Source of the DNA: Malacoraja senta | Lineage: Eukaryota | DNA length: 64,000 nucleotides | Assembly (NCBI GenBank): GCA_038087875.1 | Contig: CM075993.1 | Location: 10,914,001 to 10,978,000, forward strand | Direction: 5' to 3' | In this document: positions 37,996 through 51,354 of the stretch, piece by piece | How the letters are laid out: each line of letters opens with the position of its first letter | Numbering within the stretch: position 1 is the first letter of the stretch | Notes under the pieces: generated by a model | The model's database searches: none | Seen by the model: only the letters and a program-made list of their open reading frames with translations | What the model was told of the DNA's origin: nothing | Translations under genes and position numbers: made by a program

Positions 37996-39065
37996 CAAGA
38001 ATCCATGTAACTGTCCAAATGTATTTTATCAGTTGTTCTTGTCCCTGCCGCAACTACCTCCTCTGGCAGCTCGTTCCATACACCCACCACCCTCTGTGTG
38101 GAAAACGTTGCCCTTGTGTTTCTATTAAATCTTTCCCCTTTCAGCCCAATCATATGTCCTCTGGTTCTTGATTCCCCTCCTCTGGGTAAAAGACTGTGCA
38201 TTCATTCTATCTATTCCCCTCATGATTTTATACACCTCCACAAGATCATCCCTCACCCGCCTGCACTCCAACCTCTCCCTATAACTCAGGCCCCTCAACT
38301 CCTGGCAATATCTGTACACTGTGGACGACTCGACTGTAATCATGTATTGTCTTTCCACTGACTGGATAGCATGCAACAAAAAAGCTTTTCACAGTACCTC
38401 GACAATACACTAAACGAAACTAGACCGAAGTAAATTCAACTAAACTCAACTAAATTAAACTAAACTAAATTAAACAAAACTGAATTAAACTAAACATTCT
38501 TGTAAATCTTCTCTACGCACTTTCCAGCTAGGAGTTGACCTTTGTATTGGCATAACCGAACACAGACACTGGTGTAACTCAGCGGGTCAGGCAGCATCTC
38601 TGGAGAGAAGGAATGGGTGACGTTTCGGGTCGAGACCCTTCTTCGTGTTTGTGCGGTGTGGTAGTTTGGTCACTGGTGGGTCTGGGGAACTGGGTCTGTG
38701 ACTGGGAGAGGGAACACTGCATGCGCCACTTTCTACTCTGCGAAGAGATTGGGCTGTGGCTGGTAGCGCTCCTTCTGTGCACTGGGTGGCGCTCACACAA
38801 CACTGCTACATTCCCAGCCAGTTCCCAGCATACGGAAATCCCCGAGATTGATCGGAATTCAGGAGTCAAGAGTGTTTTATCGTCAGATGTCCCAGACAGA
38901 ACAATGAAATTCTTGCAGCAGCAACAGAATATGTAATCGTAGTGCTCTGTAAACAGGATAATAAATGGAAACAAAATCCAGTTTATGAATGACCTATCAT
39001 CTACCTCATTGGAGATCTTCAGACTATTTTTAATCAGACTTTACTAGACTGCGTATGGATAGGAT

Positions 39066-39297
<232 letters not shown>

Positions 39298-39606
39298 TCA
39301 ACAGAATAAAATAAGATGAAGTGCTGAAGTAACTCAGAGGGTCAGGTAGCACCCTGTTGAACATAGATGAGTGATATTTCATCTGTATACTGAAGAATCC
39401 TGACCTGAAATATAACCAATGCATGTTCTCCTGAGATGCTGCCGGACCTGCCAGCATATTGTGTCTTTTCTTGTAAACGAGCGTCTGCGGTGCTTATCCA
39501 AGACCGCTAGCAATTGCAGACAATTGTGGATGCTGCCCAATCCACGTGCCACACGTGAGGCTGCAGAGGAAGATGAGAGCCCATGGTATCAAAGGGCAGA
39601 TACTAA

Positions 39607-40382
39607 AGGTGTTAATTCTGGCCAAATTGGAGAGGCCAGGACACTAAAATTGAGTAAAGGCTTCTGGGCTGCTAGGCCATTTGGTCAATTTAAATGTGCC
39701 TTCTGCAGAAATGGGACAAGCTGCAGAATGGTGCCAGCTTGTCTAGAGCCTAGATAAGAGTTGCAGGAAGAGGATGGAACATCTGCAGATGCTGACAATT
39801 AGGTGTAAATTGCATGAAACGGATTGGATGAATGCAAACCAGACATACACATTGTAAATATTGTTGCAAAGCTTTACTATGCTAGATGTTGATTGGGTCA
39901 AGTGTTGAGCCTTGTCTAGGTTTCTTGAATATCAAGGCACATGTTGCATAATTCATCTCTGTTAAACTGCATCTAGAAACTTTGTCAGATACATTGTATT
40001 AGTCACTGTATTATTGGGTTGGGGAACTGTCTATCATGTACTGTGTTAATCGATATCTGTTATTGGACTGTATAGAGACTATCCCCATGTGGTTCAGCCC
40101 TCAAGGTTCGGGGACCTATAAAAGGCCGCTCCCACGAGGTTCTGTGTCGATCTTCTGGGAGAGCGCTTAGGACTGCGTGACCTTCTGGAGTGTCTCTGCT
40201 TGAACGAGGCTTAGAGGGCTTGGCCAGGCAGATACAAGGATCAAACCCGTGATGGTTCGGTATAGTAGTGGGGAACTGTTATTGTGTTTTTCCAAAATAA
40301 AGGTTAGATGCGCAAGTGCTTGACTCAGTGGTTTTTGACTGAAACTAGACGGGGGGGGAAAGCTTAGAACGAGCTATTTACA
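39607..40382 (+). mobile_element. Solo LTR (Gypsy-like) inserted in a CR1
   Basis: CR1 coding sequence (RAHGIKGQIL|TWI) breaks at 39606 and resumes at 40383 with 4-bp TSD ctaa; TATAAAA near 40117, AATAAA near 40295, ends in TACA; 5' TG offset by 3 nt. Confidence 0.7.
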
Positions 40383-41320
40383 CTAACATGGATAGCAGGT
40401 TGGCTGGATGGCAGAAGGCAAAGAGTGGCAATAAAGGGGTCATTTTCTGCTTGGGTGCCAGTGACTAGAGGAGTCACTGTTCTTCTCCTTCTATACTAAT
40501 GATTTGGACGAGGGGATTGAAGGCCTTGTGGCCAAGTTTGCGGATGATACGAAAATAGGTGGAGGGACAGGTAGTGTAGAGAAAGCAGGGACTCTGCAGA
40601 AGGACTTGGACAGGTTGGGAGAGTGGGCTGGGAAGTTGCAGATGGAATTTAGTGTAGCAAGGTTGGAGTCGTGCATTTTGGTAATAGGAATAAAGGCTTA
40701 GACTATTTTCTAAATGGGAGGAGAATCCAGAAATCAGAGGTGCAAAGGGACTTGGGAGTGCTGGTGCAGGATTCCCAAAAAGTGAATCTGCAAGTCGAAT
40801 CGGTAGTAAAGATAGCAAACTCAATGCTAGCATTTATTTCAAGAGGGCTTGTATACAAATACAAGGATGTAATGCTGAGGCTCTATAAGGCGCTGGTCAG
40901 GCTGCATTTGGAGTATTGCGAAAAAAATTTGGGCACCATATCTGAGGAAGGATGTGCTGGCTCTGGAGAGGGTCCAGAGGAGGTTTACAAGAATGATCCC
41001 AGGAATGAGTGGGTTAACCTATGATGAGCGTTTGAGTGCACTGGGCCTGTACTCGCTGGAGTTTACAAGAATGAGGGGGGACCTCATTGAAATGTACCGA
41101 ATAGAGAAAGGCTTGGATAGAGTGGATGTGGAGAGGATGTTTCCTCTAGTGGGAGAGTCTAGGACTAGAGGTCATAGCCTCAGAATTAAAGCACGCTCCT
41201 TTAGGAAGGAGATTAGAAGGAATTTCTTTAGTCAGAGGGTGGTGAATCTGAGGAATTCTTGGCCACAGAAGCTGTGGAAGCCAAGTCAATGGATATGTTT
41301 TAAAGCAGAGATGGATAGAT
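40383..41320 (+). mobile_element. CR1 ORF2 RT fragment
   Basis: AKFADDTKIGG, QRDLGVLV, RTRGHSL; frameshifted. Confidence 0.9.
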
Positions 41321-43905
41321 TATAGATTGTTTCTTAATCTATCACACAAACCAACCTCCCTTCCATTGACTCCATTTACACCTCACGCTGCCTCGGCAAG
41401 GCCAGCAGCATAATCAAAGACCAATCTCACCCCGGTCACTCCCTCTTAGTTACCCCAGCGCTTTGTGGCGTTTCACTTTAAACATGGGCGCTGATGCCGC
41501 CGGTCTGCACCAGCAAGCCCTTCTTCACTGGTTCACACGGCTGTTGTAGCGGCTAACATTGTAGCTCTTCAGTGTGCCCCCTCAGTCACCCTCGGGCTCC
41601 TTCCCCTCTCACCTGCTGTGACGCTTCCAAGGCGAGTCTGGGGGAGGGGGGGGAGGGGTTGGAGGAGGTGACGGCGGTGGTGGGAGGAGAGAGCAGGAAG
41701 AGGAGGAAGGTGCAGGTAAAAGCAGAAACATGCTACTGATTTTGGATGATCAGCCGTGACCATATTGAATGGCGGTGCTGGCTCGAAGGACCGAATGGCC
41801 TTCTCCTGCACCTATTTTCTTTGTTCCCCCCCCCCCAGGTCTCACCTCCATCCCAGCCAATATCCTGGTGAATCCTGAAAATAGGCGCAAAATGCTGGAG
41901 TAACTCAGCGGGACAGGCAGCATCTCTGGTGAGAAGGAATGGGTGACATTTCGGGTCGAGACACTTCTTCAGACTGAGAGGCAGGGGAGAGGGAAACACA
42001 GAGATATGGAAAGGTCAGGTGTGAAAATGAGACATCAAAGGGGATGAAGTTCAAGGATCATGGTGAGCTAGGGGAAGGTGACAACGAACTACTCCAAATG
42101 CGGCCAAACCAAAGTCCTTAAGAGCAGCATCATTGCATCCTAACTCTTACACTAAATGCCCGTGTTGTGCTCCATGTTCCCCAGGTTGGGGTCCGTGTTC
42201 TCGAGATTCACCTGGGCCTCGACAGGTTCAGGTGATCAGCCTTTCCCGTGTGTGCCACACCTGCCCACCTCGCACTTGAGATCAGCCACCAGCTCGCCCG
42301 GACGTTTGTCTTCTGCTTGGAACAGAAGTGCTGGAAACACCTAGCAGATCGGGCAGCGTCTGTGGGGAAGAAAGGAGTGAATGATCATGTGGCTGCAGGG
42401 AGGGAGGAGGCTGGAGAGAACAGTATGTGATTGGGTGAAAGATCAAGTCTGCCTATATACGTGTAAGTGTATTCAGCTCCAGATTCCAATCAAAGGGAGT
42501 TCTGTTGCTTGAAAACTATTCTCAGTGTGACATTCCATAACGTAATGGTGTTTTATCATTAATGTCTTATTATTATTAATGTTTAGTGTTTTCTGAGTCA
42601 TTCGTAACTGTCACTGTATGTCATGTTGTTACTTGTGGGCGGAGCACCAAGGCAAATTCCTTGTATGTGAATACTTGGCCAATAAACGTACTTACTTAAA
42701 GGTGCATCATCTGCACAAGCTTCACAAAATGCGAGTTGTAAGTGAAATGGAAATTGATCCATACATATTTTAGTTTAGTTTAGTTTAGTTTAGAGATACA
42801 GCGTGGAAACAGGCCCTTCAGCCCAAAAACTACGCACTGACCAAAGATCCCCGCACATTAACTCTATCCGACACACACTAGGGACAATTTACACATAGCA
42901 AGCCAATTAACCTACAAACCTGTACGTCTTTGGAGTGTGGGAGGAAACTGAAGATCTCAGAGAAAACCCACGCGGTCACGGGGAGAACGTACAAACTCCG
43001 TACAGTCAGCACCCGTTGTCGGGATCGAACCCAAGTCTCTGGCACTGCAAGCGCTGTTAGGTAGCGACTCTACTGCTGTGCCACCTTGCTGCCATTTCTA
43101 CACAGAAGGTGGCGAGTGCCTGGAACGCACTGGTGTAGATGCAATAGTGGCGTTCAAAACATTCTTAGACAGGCAGGGAATGGAGGGATATGAGTTATGC
43201 GTAAGTAGATAAGTGATGGTCTTGGCATTATGTTCGGCACAGACATTGTGGGCTGAAGGGACTGTCCCTGTGCTGTACGGTTCTATGTTCTATATACATT
43301 TCATGAGAGCGAATTTAAATTTTTATTCCATAGCTCAGATTGTGAATTCAGTAAGTGTGAACTTCCATCCCCCAGCCCACAGTAACATGGCACGTATGTA
43401 TAGTACATGCACTGAACCCCCAGCATCCATACTAGTATAACATAAAACTAGCATGAAACGGGTGCTCAATGGTTGGTCTAGATTCAGTGGCCGAAGGGCC
43501 TGTTTCTCTGCTGTATATTTCATACCTCAACCCTTGACCTTGGGTGCATTCTGAGCCAACATTTTTTTTTAAAGTTTAGTTTAGAGATACAGCACAGAAA
43601 CAGGCCCTTCGGCCCACCGGGTCCGTACCGACCAGCGATCCCCGCTCATTAACACCATCCTACACCCACTAGGGACAATTTTTTAAAAACAATCACCTAA
43701 CCAATTAACCTACAAACCTGTACATCTATGGAGTGTAGGGGGAAACTGAAGATCTTGGAGAAAACCCACGCAGGTCACGGGGAGAACGTACAAACTCCGT
43801 ACAGACAGCACCCGTAGTCGGGATCGAACCCGGGTCTCTGGCTCTGTAAGCGCTGTAAGGCAGCAACTCTACCGCTGCGCCACCATGACCGTGAACATGG
43901 GGTAT

Positions 43906-44503
43906 GTTGGTCAATGTGCGCAAGTTGGTCAAAGTGGGCAAGTTGGTCAATGTGGGCAAGTTGGTCAAAGTGGGCAAGTTGGTCAATGTGGGCAAGTTGG
44001 TCAATGTGGGCAAGTTGGTCAATGTGGGCAAGTTGGTCAATGTGGGCAAGTTGGTCAATGTGGGCAAGTTGGTCAATGTGGGCAAGTTGGTCAATGTAGG
44101 CAAGTTGGTCAATGTGGGCAAATTGGTCAATGTGGGCAAGTTGGTCAATGTGGGTAAGTTGGTCAATGTGGGCAAGTTGGTCAATGTGGGCAAGTTGGTC
44201 AAAGTGGGCAAGTTGGTCAATGTGGGCAAGTTGGTCAATGTGGGCAAGTTGGTCAATGTGGGCAAGTTGGTCAATGTGGGCAAGTTGGTCAATGTGGCAA
44301 GTTGGTCAATGTGGGCAAGTTGGTCAATGTGGGCAAGTTGGTCAATGTGGGCAAGTTGGTCAATGTGGGCAAGTTGGTCAATGTGGGCAAGTTGGTCAAT
44401 GTGGGCAAGTTGGTCAATGTGGGCAAGTTGGTCAAAGTGGGCAAGTTGGTCAATGTGGGCAAGTTGGTCAAAGTGGGCAAGTTGGTCAATGTGGGCAAGT
44501 TGG
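43906..44503 (+). repeat. 18-bp minisatellite, about 33 copies, derived from a CR1 3' UTR
   Basis: Unit gttggtcaatgtgggcaa, running into gttgggccgaa..cctgtttcc; single-copy counterpart near 6926-6965. Confidence 0.95.
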
Positions 44504-46450
44504 GCCGAAATGCCTGTTTCCACGCTGTCAGCACGGTGGCACAGCGGAAGAGTTGCTGCCTCACAACGCCAGAGTCCCGGGTTCAATCCTGCCGATGGGT
44601 GCTGTCTGTATGGAGTTTGTACGTTCTCCCTGTGACTGCGTGGGTTTTCTCCGGGTGCTCCGGTTTCTTCCCATACTCCAAAGACGAACAAGTGTGTAGA
44701 TTAAATTGCCTTCGGTAAAAATGGTAAATTGGCCCTAGTCTGTAGGATAGTGCGGGGATCGCTGGTCGGCGCGTACTCGGTGGGCCGAAGGGCCTGTTTC
44801 CACACTGTATCTCTAAACTAAACTAAAGATCCATGAGGTATCTGATGCACAAGACCTGCATGGGACTCTGATCGGAGTGGATGCTGTTGTTACACATCTG
44901 TATCGAGGCATAGAGTGTGGGTACAGTGTGGAGCATCTACCAGCATGGTGGAACCAGGGCACTCTTGGGTTGCTGAGATATACCTGATGTATCTTCCACC
45001 ACCAATGGCCACAGGGTGAGTTGTTACAAGCAGCAGCCCTGTAGAATTGGTCCCTGCAATGTGAAGAGACAGCTCAATAATGCAAGCACTGAACTTTGGT
45101 ATCAAGTCTCTGATGAACTTTGATTCAAATAAACTCACCTGTGTCAACCTACGCTCTGCCAGGCTTTGTCCTGCCCCTCCTCATTCCAGCTTTCATAACC
45201 CCCTCCCCCCTCCCCCCCCATCTATAATCAGTCTGAAAAAGGGTCTTGACCTGAAATGCCACCTAGCCAAGTTCTCCAGAGATGCTGCCTGTCCCGCTGA
45301 GTTACTCCAGCTTTTTGTGTCTATCTTCTGTTTAAACCAGCATCTGCAGTTCCTTCCTACACATATCCAAACATTAACCCTGTATCCCTTTCTGCAGACT
45401 TACTGTGTGTTTCTGATATTTGTCATGTGGAGTCGGTACACTCATCCCAGGTGCATTTTTTCAGGTGCAGAATACCTGATTGCACCTGGCACTAATGAAT
45501 GAAACAACACTTAAAGAGAGAAAGAGACATGAGCATAATTAATGTGGCATGGTGGTGCACCGGTAGAGTTGCTGCCCTACAGCGCCAGAGACCTGGGTTT
45601 GTTCCTGACCAAGGGTGCTGTCTGTTCAGAGTTTGCATGTTCTCCCCGTGACGTGGGTGGGTTTTCTCCGGGATCTCCGGTTTCCTCCCACACTCAAAGA
45701 CATACAGGTTTGTAGATTCATTGGCGTGGTATATGTGTAAATTGTGCCTAGTGTGTGTAGGATTGTGTTAATGTGCGGGGATCGCTGGTCGGTGCGGACT
45801 CGTTGGGCCGAGGGGCCTGTTTCTGCACTGTATCTCTAAACTAAACTAAAAGTATAGATAGACACAAAATGCTGGAGTAACTCAGCGGGACAGGCAGCAT
45901 CTCTGGGGAGAAGGAATGGATGACATTTTGGGTCGAGACCCTTCCTCAGGCGTAAAAGCATAATCAAGAAATCTCACAAGTGTTTCTGTGGTTGAAAATT
46001 CAGCTTGTTGACAGATTACAACCCTCTTTTATACAGTCACAAAATGGAAACAGGCCATTTGTCCCACCACATCCATGCAGACCAGTGGGGGCATCCATTC
46101 AAGTTAATACCATCTTCCAGTCATTGGTCTGCAATAATCATACAGCATGGAAACAGGCCCTTCGGCCCAACTTACCCATTCCGGCAAAGATGACCCCATC
46201 TAGCCCCACCTGGCTGTGTTTGGCCCACATCTTGATTAATACAGGTGTCAGAGGTTATGGGGAGAAGTATGGGGAGAAGGCAGGACAATGGGGTTAGGAG
46301 GGAGAGATAGATCAGCCATGATTGAATGGTGGAGTAGACATGATGGGCCAAATGGCCTAATTCTACTTCTATCACTTATGACCCCTCTAAACCTTTCCTA
46401 TTGATTAAAAATGTCTTTTAAATGTCATTATAAAATATATGATCTTCCAT

Positions 46451-46523
46451 TGGCGAAACCCAGGATTGAACTAGGGACTGTTAGATCTTCAGTCTAACGT
46501 TCTCCCATCTGAGCTATTTTGGC
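46451..46523 (-). pseudogene. tRNA-Phe(GAA)-like gene, probably a pseudogene
   Basis: 73 nt GCCAAAATAGCTCAGATGGGAGAACGTTAGACTGAAGATCTAACAGTCCCTAGTTCAATCCTGGGTTTCGCCA; about 9 differences from the vertebrate tRNA-Phe sequence as recalled. Confidence 0.85.
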
Positions 46524-48426
46524 AGACAGTCTTCTATCCCTGGATGATGGATTCAAGTACTTGTGGAGACACTTCTCAAACACCTGCTTCCACCACTCTC
46601 TACAATGCATGTCAGGTAGTCCCACTCTCTGGGTGAAGATCATTCCCCTTGAATCCCCTCGCTTTTCAAGAGAGAGTTAGATTTAGCTCTTAGGACTAAA
46701 GGAATCAAGCGATATGGGGAGAGAGCAGGAATGGGGAACTGGTTTTAGATGATCATATTGAATGGCGGTGCTGGCTTGAAGGGCCGAATGGTCTACTCCT
46801 GCACCTATTTTCTATGTTTTCATATTTCTATGTTTCTATGAAATCTCTTACTCAAAATTGTCCTCAAGTTTCCTTCATCGCTGATATGGAGTAAAAAAAA
46901 TCTTCAGTGTACCCTCACTCGTAATTTTATGTACAGTACCTCAATGAAGTTTAGTTTAGTTTAGAGATACCGTCCGTGCTAACCAATAATCACCTACTTT
47001 ATACACTAGCTCTATCCTACGCACTAATTTGCATAAACCAATTAACCTACAAACCTGCACGTCTTTGGAGTGTGGGACGAAACCGAAGCACCCGGAGAAA
47101 ACCCATGTGCCCACAGAGAGAACGCACACACACTGTACAGACAGCACCCGTAGTCAGGATCGAACCGGGTCTTTTGGGCTGTGAGGCAGCAACTCTACCA
47201 CTGCGCCGCCGTGCAACAAAGTCTGAACCTCCATCGCTTCAAGGAAAATAAACCCAGCCTCTCCGGTTTCTGCTCATAACTAAAATGTTCCTTTCCTATA
47301 GAGAATGAATGAATGATACTTTATTGTCATACGTGACAAGTCACAGCGATATTCTTTTCTTGCATTCCAAAGGTATGCAAAGAGTCGCCACATAAAGGAC
47401 GCTGATAAAGTTACAAAATATCCCGCGCCAGGTCCTCCTTTGTTGTTTAGTGTGGTGTCCAGAACTGCAGAACCAGGGGCCACAGTTTAAGAATAAGGGG
47501 TAAGCCATTTAGAACGGAGACGAGGAAACACTTTTTCTCACAGAGAGTGGTGAGTCTGTGGAATTCTCTGCCTCAGAGGGCGGTGGAGGCAGGTTCTCTG
47601 GATGCTTTCAAGACAGAGCTAGATAGGGCTCTTAAAAATAGCGGAGTCAGGGGATATGGGGAGAAGGCAGGAACGGGGTACTGATTGCGGATGATCAGCC
47701 ATGATCACATTGAATGGCGGTGCTGGCTCGAAGGGCTGAATGGCCTACTCCTGCACCTATTGTCTATTGTCTATTGTCTATTGTCTATTGCATGCAGTAC
47801 TTCCGTTGAGGCCTATCAAGACTTAATAAAAGTAGAGCATAACCTCCCTGTTATTGTACACAGAGTTCGAGACTGATGACGGCCAGAATATCACATGCCT
47901 GCTTAACCATGTTGTCTATCTCCATGGCCATTTTGAAAGTTCTTTGGACTTGAACACCAAGGTACGTCTGTTTCCACGTACTCCCAGGAATGCGACTAGT
48001 CCTGGTGTAGGTAGTCTCATTTGTATTCAGAAAAATTCATCACCTCACCTCATATTCATCGGGATTAAACTCCACCTGCCATTTCTCGGCCCACTGCACC
48101 AACACGTCAACATATTACCCTGGAGCTTAAGACCACGGCTCATGATGAGTGTTTGACGGCACTGGGCCTGCACTCCCTGGAGGTTAGAAGAGTGAAGGGG
48201 GACTTGCTTGAAACTTACCGAATGGTGAAAGGCTTGGATAGAGTGAATGTGGAGAGGATGTTTCCACTAGGGGGAGAGTCTCGGACTTGAGCTAATAGCC
48301 TCAGAATTAAAGGACATTCTTTGAAGAAGGAGAAGAGGAGGAATTTCTTTAGTCAGAAAGTGTTGAATCTGTGGAATTCTTTGCCACAGAAGGCTGTAGT
48401 GACCAAGTCAACAGATGGAGATAGAA

Positions 48427-48596
48427 GGTACACAAAAATGCTGGAGAAACTCAGCGGGTGCAGCAGGTCTGAAGAAGGGTTTCGGCCCGAAACGTTACCT
48501 ATTTCCTTCGCTCCATAGATGCTGCTGCACCCGCTGAGTTTCTCCAGCATTTTTGTGTACCTTCGATTTTCCAGCATCTGCAGTTCCTTCTTTAAC
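48427..48596 (+). mobile_element. Family-B hammerhead mini-element inserted in a CR1
   Basis: 16-bp TSD acagatggagatagaa (48411-48426, 48597-48612); intact core at 48469-48496. Confidence 0.88.
48469..48496 (+). ncRNA. Minimal hammerhead ribozyme motif (family B, representative copy)
   Basis: aggt-CTGAAGA-A-GGGT[TTCG]GCCC-GAAAC-GTT-acct; the aggt/acct flanks can form helix I. Confidence 0.7.
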
Positions 48597-48789
48597 ACAG
48601 ATGGAGATAGAATCTTGATTAGTATGGGTGTCAGGGTTTATGGAGAGAAGGCAGGAGAATGAGGTTAAGAGGAAGAGATCGATCAGCCATGATTGAATGG
48701 CAGAATGGCCTAATTCTGCTCCAATCACTTATGACCTTATGACCACTCCCTCACTGTCAACTCACATCACCAGCCATCGGTGAATGCTA

Positions 48790-50152
48790 ATTGTGCCTCG
48801 TTCATCAAAACCGAAAAATGAATAAGAAGACAAAAACGAAAAATATTTTTTTTAAAAGGGGACCATAACGTGTTGATATACCTGCTTCATTTCTCACCGC
48901 ACCCATCACCCTGTCCGTGAATCGGTTTACTTCCAGCGTTGAGTTGCACCATACTATAGTTGTAATGAATCAATGAAAGGAGACCATATCTTTGAAAATT
49001 GCTCTGATTTTTCTGCTAAGACGAGTCTCATATCTTCAAGATGTGACGTCTCAGACATGCTTGTGATCCACATTTTAAGAGTTGGGGTAGAAGCATTTTT
49101 CCAAAATTTAAGTATGATTTTTTTGCCATTATCAGGCCGTAATTAAGGAAACATCTTTGAAATATATATATATATATTTATTTTTAATTTTTAATTTATT
49201 AGAAGTACATTACATTACAACCACATACATTAGTACTCGTCACATATATCTTCTTACAATTAATGTACTCCGTTTGTTTTTTACACTAATAAAGGGAAAG
49301 GATGAGATTGAGAGAAAGAAGAAAGTGAAGGAAAAGGTGAAAGTGTAAAAAATGTGACAAAAAGAAAGAACGAAGATCCTATAAGAACAAAATTAAAAAC
49401 AAAAGAAAAAGAGTTAAGAAATAGCCCTAGAAAAGAAGAAGAAAGAGAAAGAGGGAAAAGAGAAAAACAAATAGTTTTTGCAAGCATCACGCAAATGGGA
49501 CATACCAACTCTCCAACTTTCATCCCCCCTGTCTTTGAAATATTGATAGCTCAGAGCAGGCTCCTGCTATTCCGAAAATAATCAATTCTGTATAGGGGTC
49601 CAGTTTTGTTTTTAATAATTTGGAGAAAATTTCAAAAATTCCTTTCCAAAATTTATGGAGTTTTATGCAAGAGGCAAAGGAGTATGTTATAGTTGCTTCT
49701 TGAGAAAGACATTTGTCGCAGATAGGAGATACATTTGGAAAAATCTTATTCAGTTTAGTTTTTGAGTAATATAGCCTGTGTAGTATTTTGAATTGGATTA
49801 GAATATGTCTAGCATTAATCGAACAATTATGTATATATAGGAGATATTTTTCCTATCTGTTTATGGAAATTTTTAGGCCTAATTCCTCTTCCCATTCTCT
49901 TCTAATTATGTCTGATAATGGAATTTCTATATTTAGAAGGATATTGTACAAGTATGATATTAGATTATTTGATTCTGCGTTTCTATTCATACCTTCATCT
50001 AATATATCTGGCAACAGAGTTTGGTACTCGTGGGTATATGTTTTCAAATAATCTCGAATTTGAAGATATCTGAAATATTGATTACCTTTCAGATTGTATT
50101 TCGACTGTAATTTCTGGAATGATAGTAGGTTTCCCATTTCATACAAGTCTCC
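48790..50152 (-). mobile_element. Two adjacent or nested L1 3' fragments
   Basis: LLSFQKLQSKYNLKGNQYFRYLQIRDYLK; similar to the L1 ORF at 59083-60195. Confidence 0.8.
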
Positions 50153-51354
50153 AGAAGCAGAACACCCCACTACAGTTGGAGTGTACAGGTTTAAGGTGGG
50201 AGGGGAAGGTTATAATGGGCTCCTGAGGAGCAACTTTTCACACAGAAGGCAATGGGAACGTGGAACGAGCTGCCAGAGGATAATCTAGAGGCAGGTCCAA
50301 TTACAACATCTATGGACATTTGCGCTGGTTCATGGGTAGGAGCGGTTTGGAGGGAGATGGGCAAAATGCAGGCAAACAGGACTAGCTTAGATAGTAGAAG
50401 GATCTCGACCCTCAACGTCACCCATTCTCTCTCTCCCAATATGCTGACTGTCCCGCTGAGTTACTCCAGCATTTTGTGTCTATCTTTGGCTTAGATAGAC
50501 ATCTTGGTCATCACGGAGCAGTTGGGACAAATGGCCTGTTTGTGTGCTGTATGACTCTATGACTGGTGACAGTTTGCCATGCTGAGACAGATCCTTTATT
50601 CCTACTCTGTGTTTCAATTGATGAAGGAATACTCAGTCTAAGCTGGTACTTCATCCCCAAATCCACTTGCATTAAATTTTGAGAAGGCAGGAACGGGGTA
50701 CTGATTGGGGATGATCAGCCATGATCACATTGAATGGCGATGCTGGCTCGAAGGGCCGCTTGGCCTTCTCCTGCACCTATTGTCTATTGTCTATTGTTCA
50801 GGAATCTTCTGTTTGTGATTTTATCCAAAACCTGAAAATCCAGATATGGGTGGCATCGTGGTGCAGCGGTAAACTTGTCCTGCACATCTAATTTAAGCTT
50901 TGACCAGCTGACCTTAGCTACGCCCTCTAGTATTAGATTTTTCCTTCCTGGGACATAAAAGGTTCTGACTGTGTACCCCCGAGTTGACTCTCACAATTTT
51001 ATATACTGTAGTCCCAGCAGGTCTCTTATGGGCAGCATGGTGGCGCAGCAGTAGAGTTGCTACCTTACAGTGCCAGAGACCCGGGTTCGATCCTGACAAT
51101 GGGTGCTGTCTGTACGGAGTTTGTACGTTCTCCCCGTGATGGCGTGGGTTTTCTCCAGGTGCACCCGTTTCCTCCCACACTCCGAAGACGTACAGGTTTG
51201 TAGGTTAATTGGCTTTGGTAAAAAAAATTAAATTGACTCTAGTGTAAGATAGTGCTAGTGTGCGGGACGATCGCTGGTTGACACGGAATCGGTGGGCCGA
51301 AGGGCCTGTTTCTGCGCTGTATCTCTAAACTAATATATCATGTATTCTCAATTC

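Larger units (their letters stand above)
47470..48740 (+). mobile_element. CR1 3' fragments (47470-47790, 48140-48740)
   Basis: RTRGHSLRIRGKPF, WNSLP and 3' UTR tails. Confidence 0.85.

Noticed and set aside
41480..41720. G-rich segment with splice-donor-like motifs, possible first exon
   Set aside because: Too short and CpG-poor to support a promoter or exon call.
43726..44718. 321-aa and overlapping repetitive ORFs; CRISPR-like periodicity
   Set aside because: Translations of an 18-bp tandem repeat with no unique spacers; flanks are SINEs and there are no cas genes.
44983..45053. Possible minus-strand exon after cttcacattgcag
   Set aside because: Weak donor site and no recognisable protein similarity.
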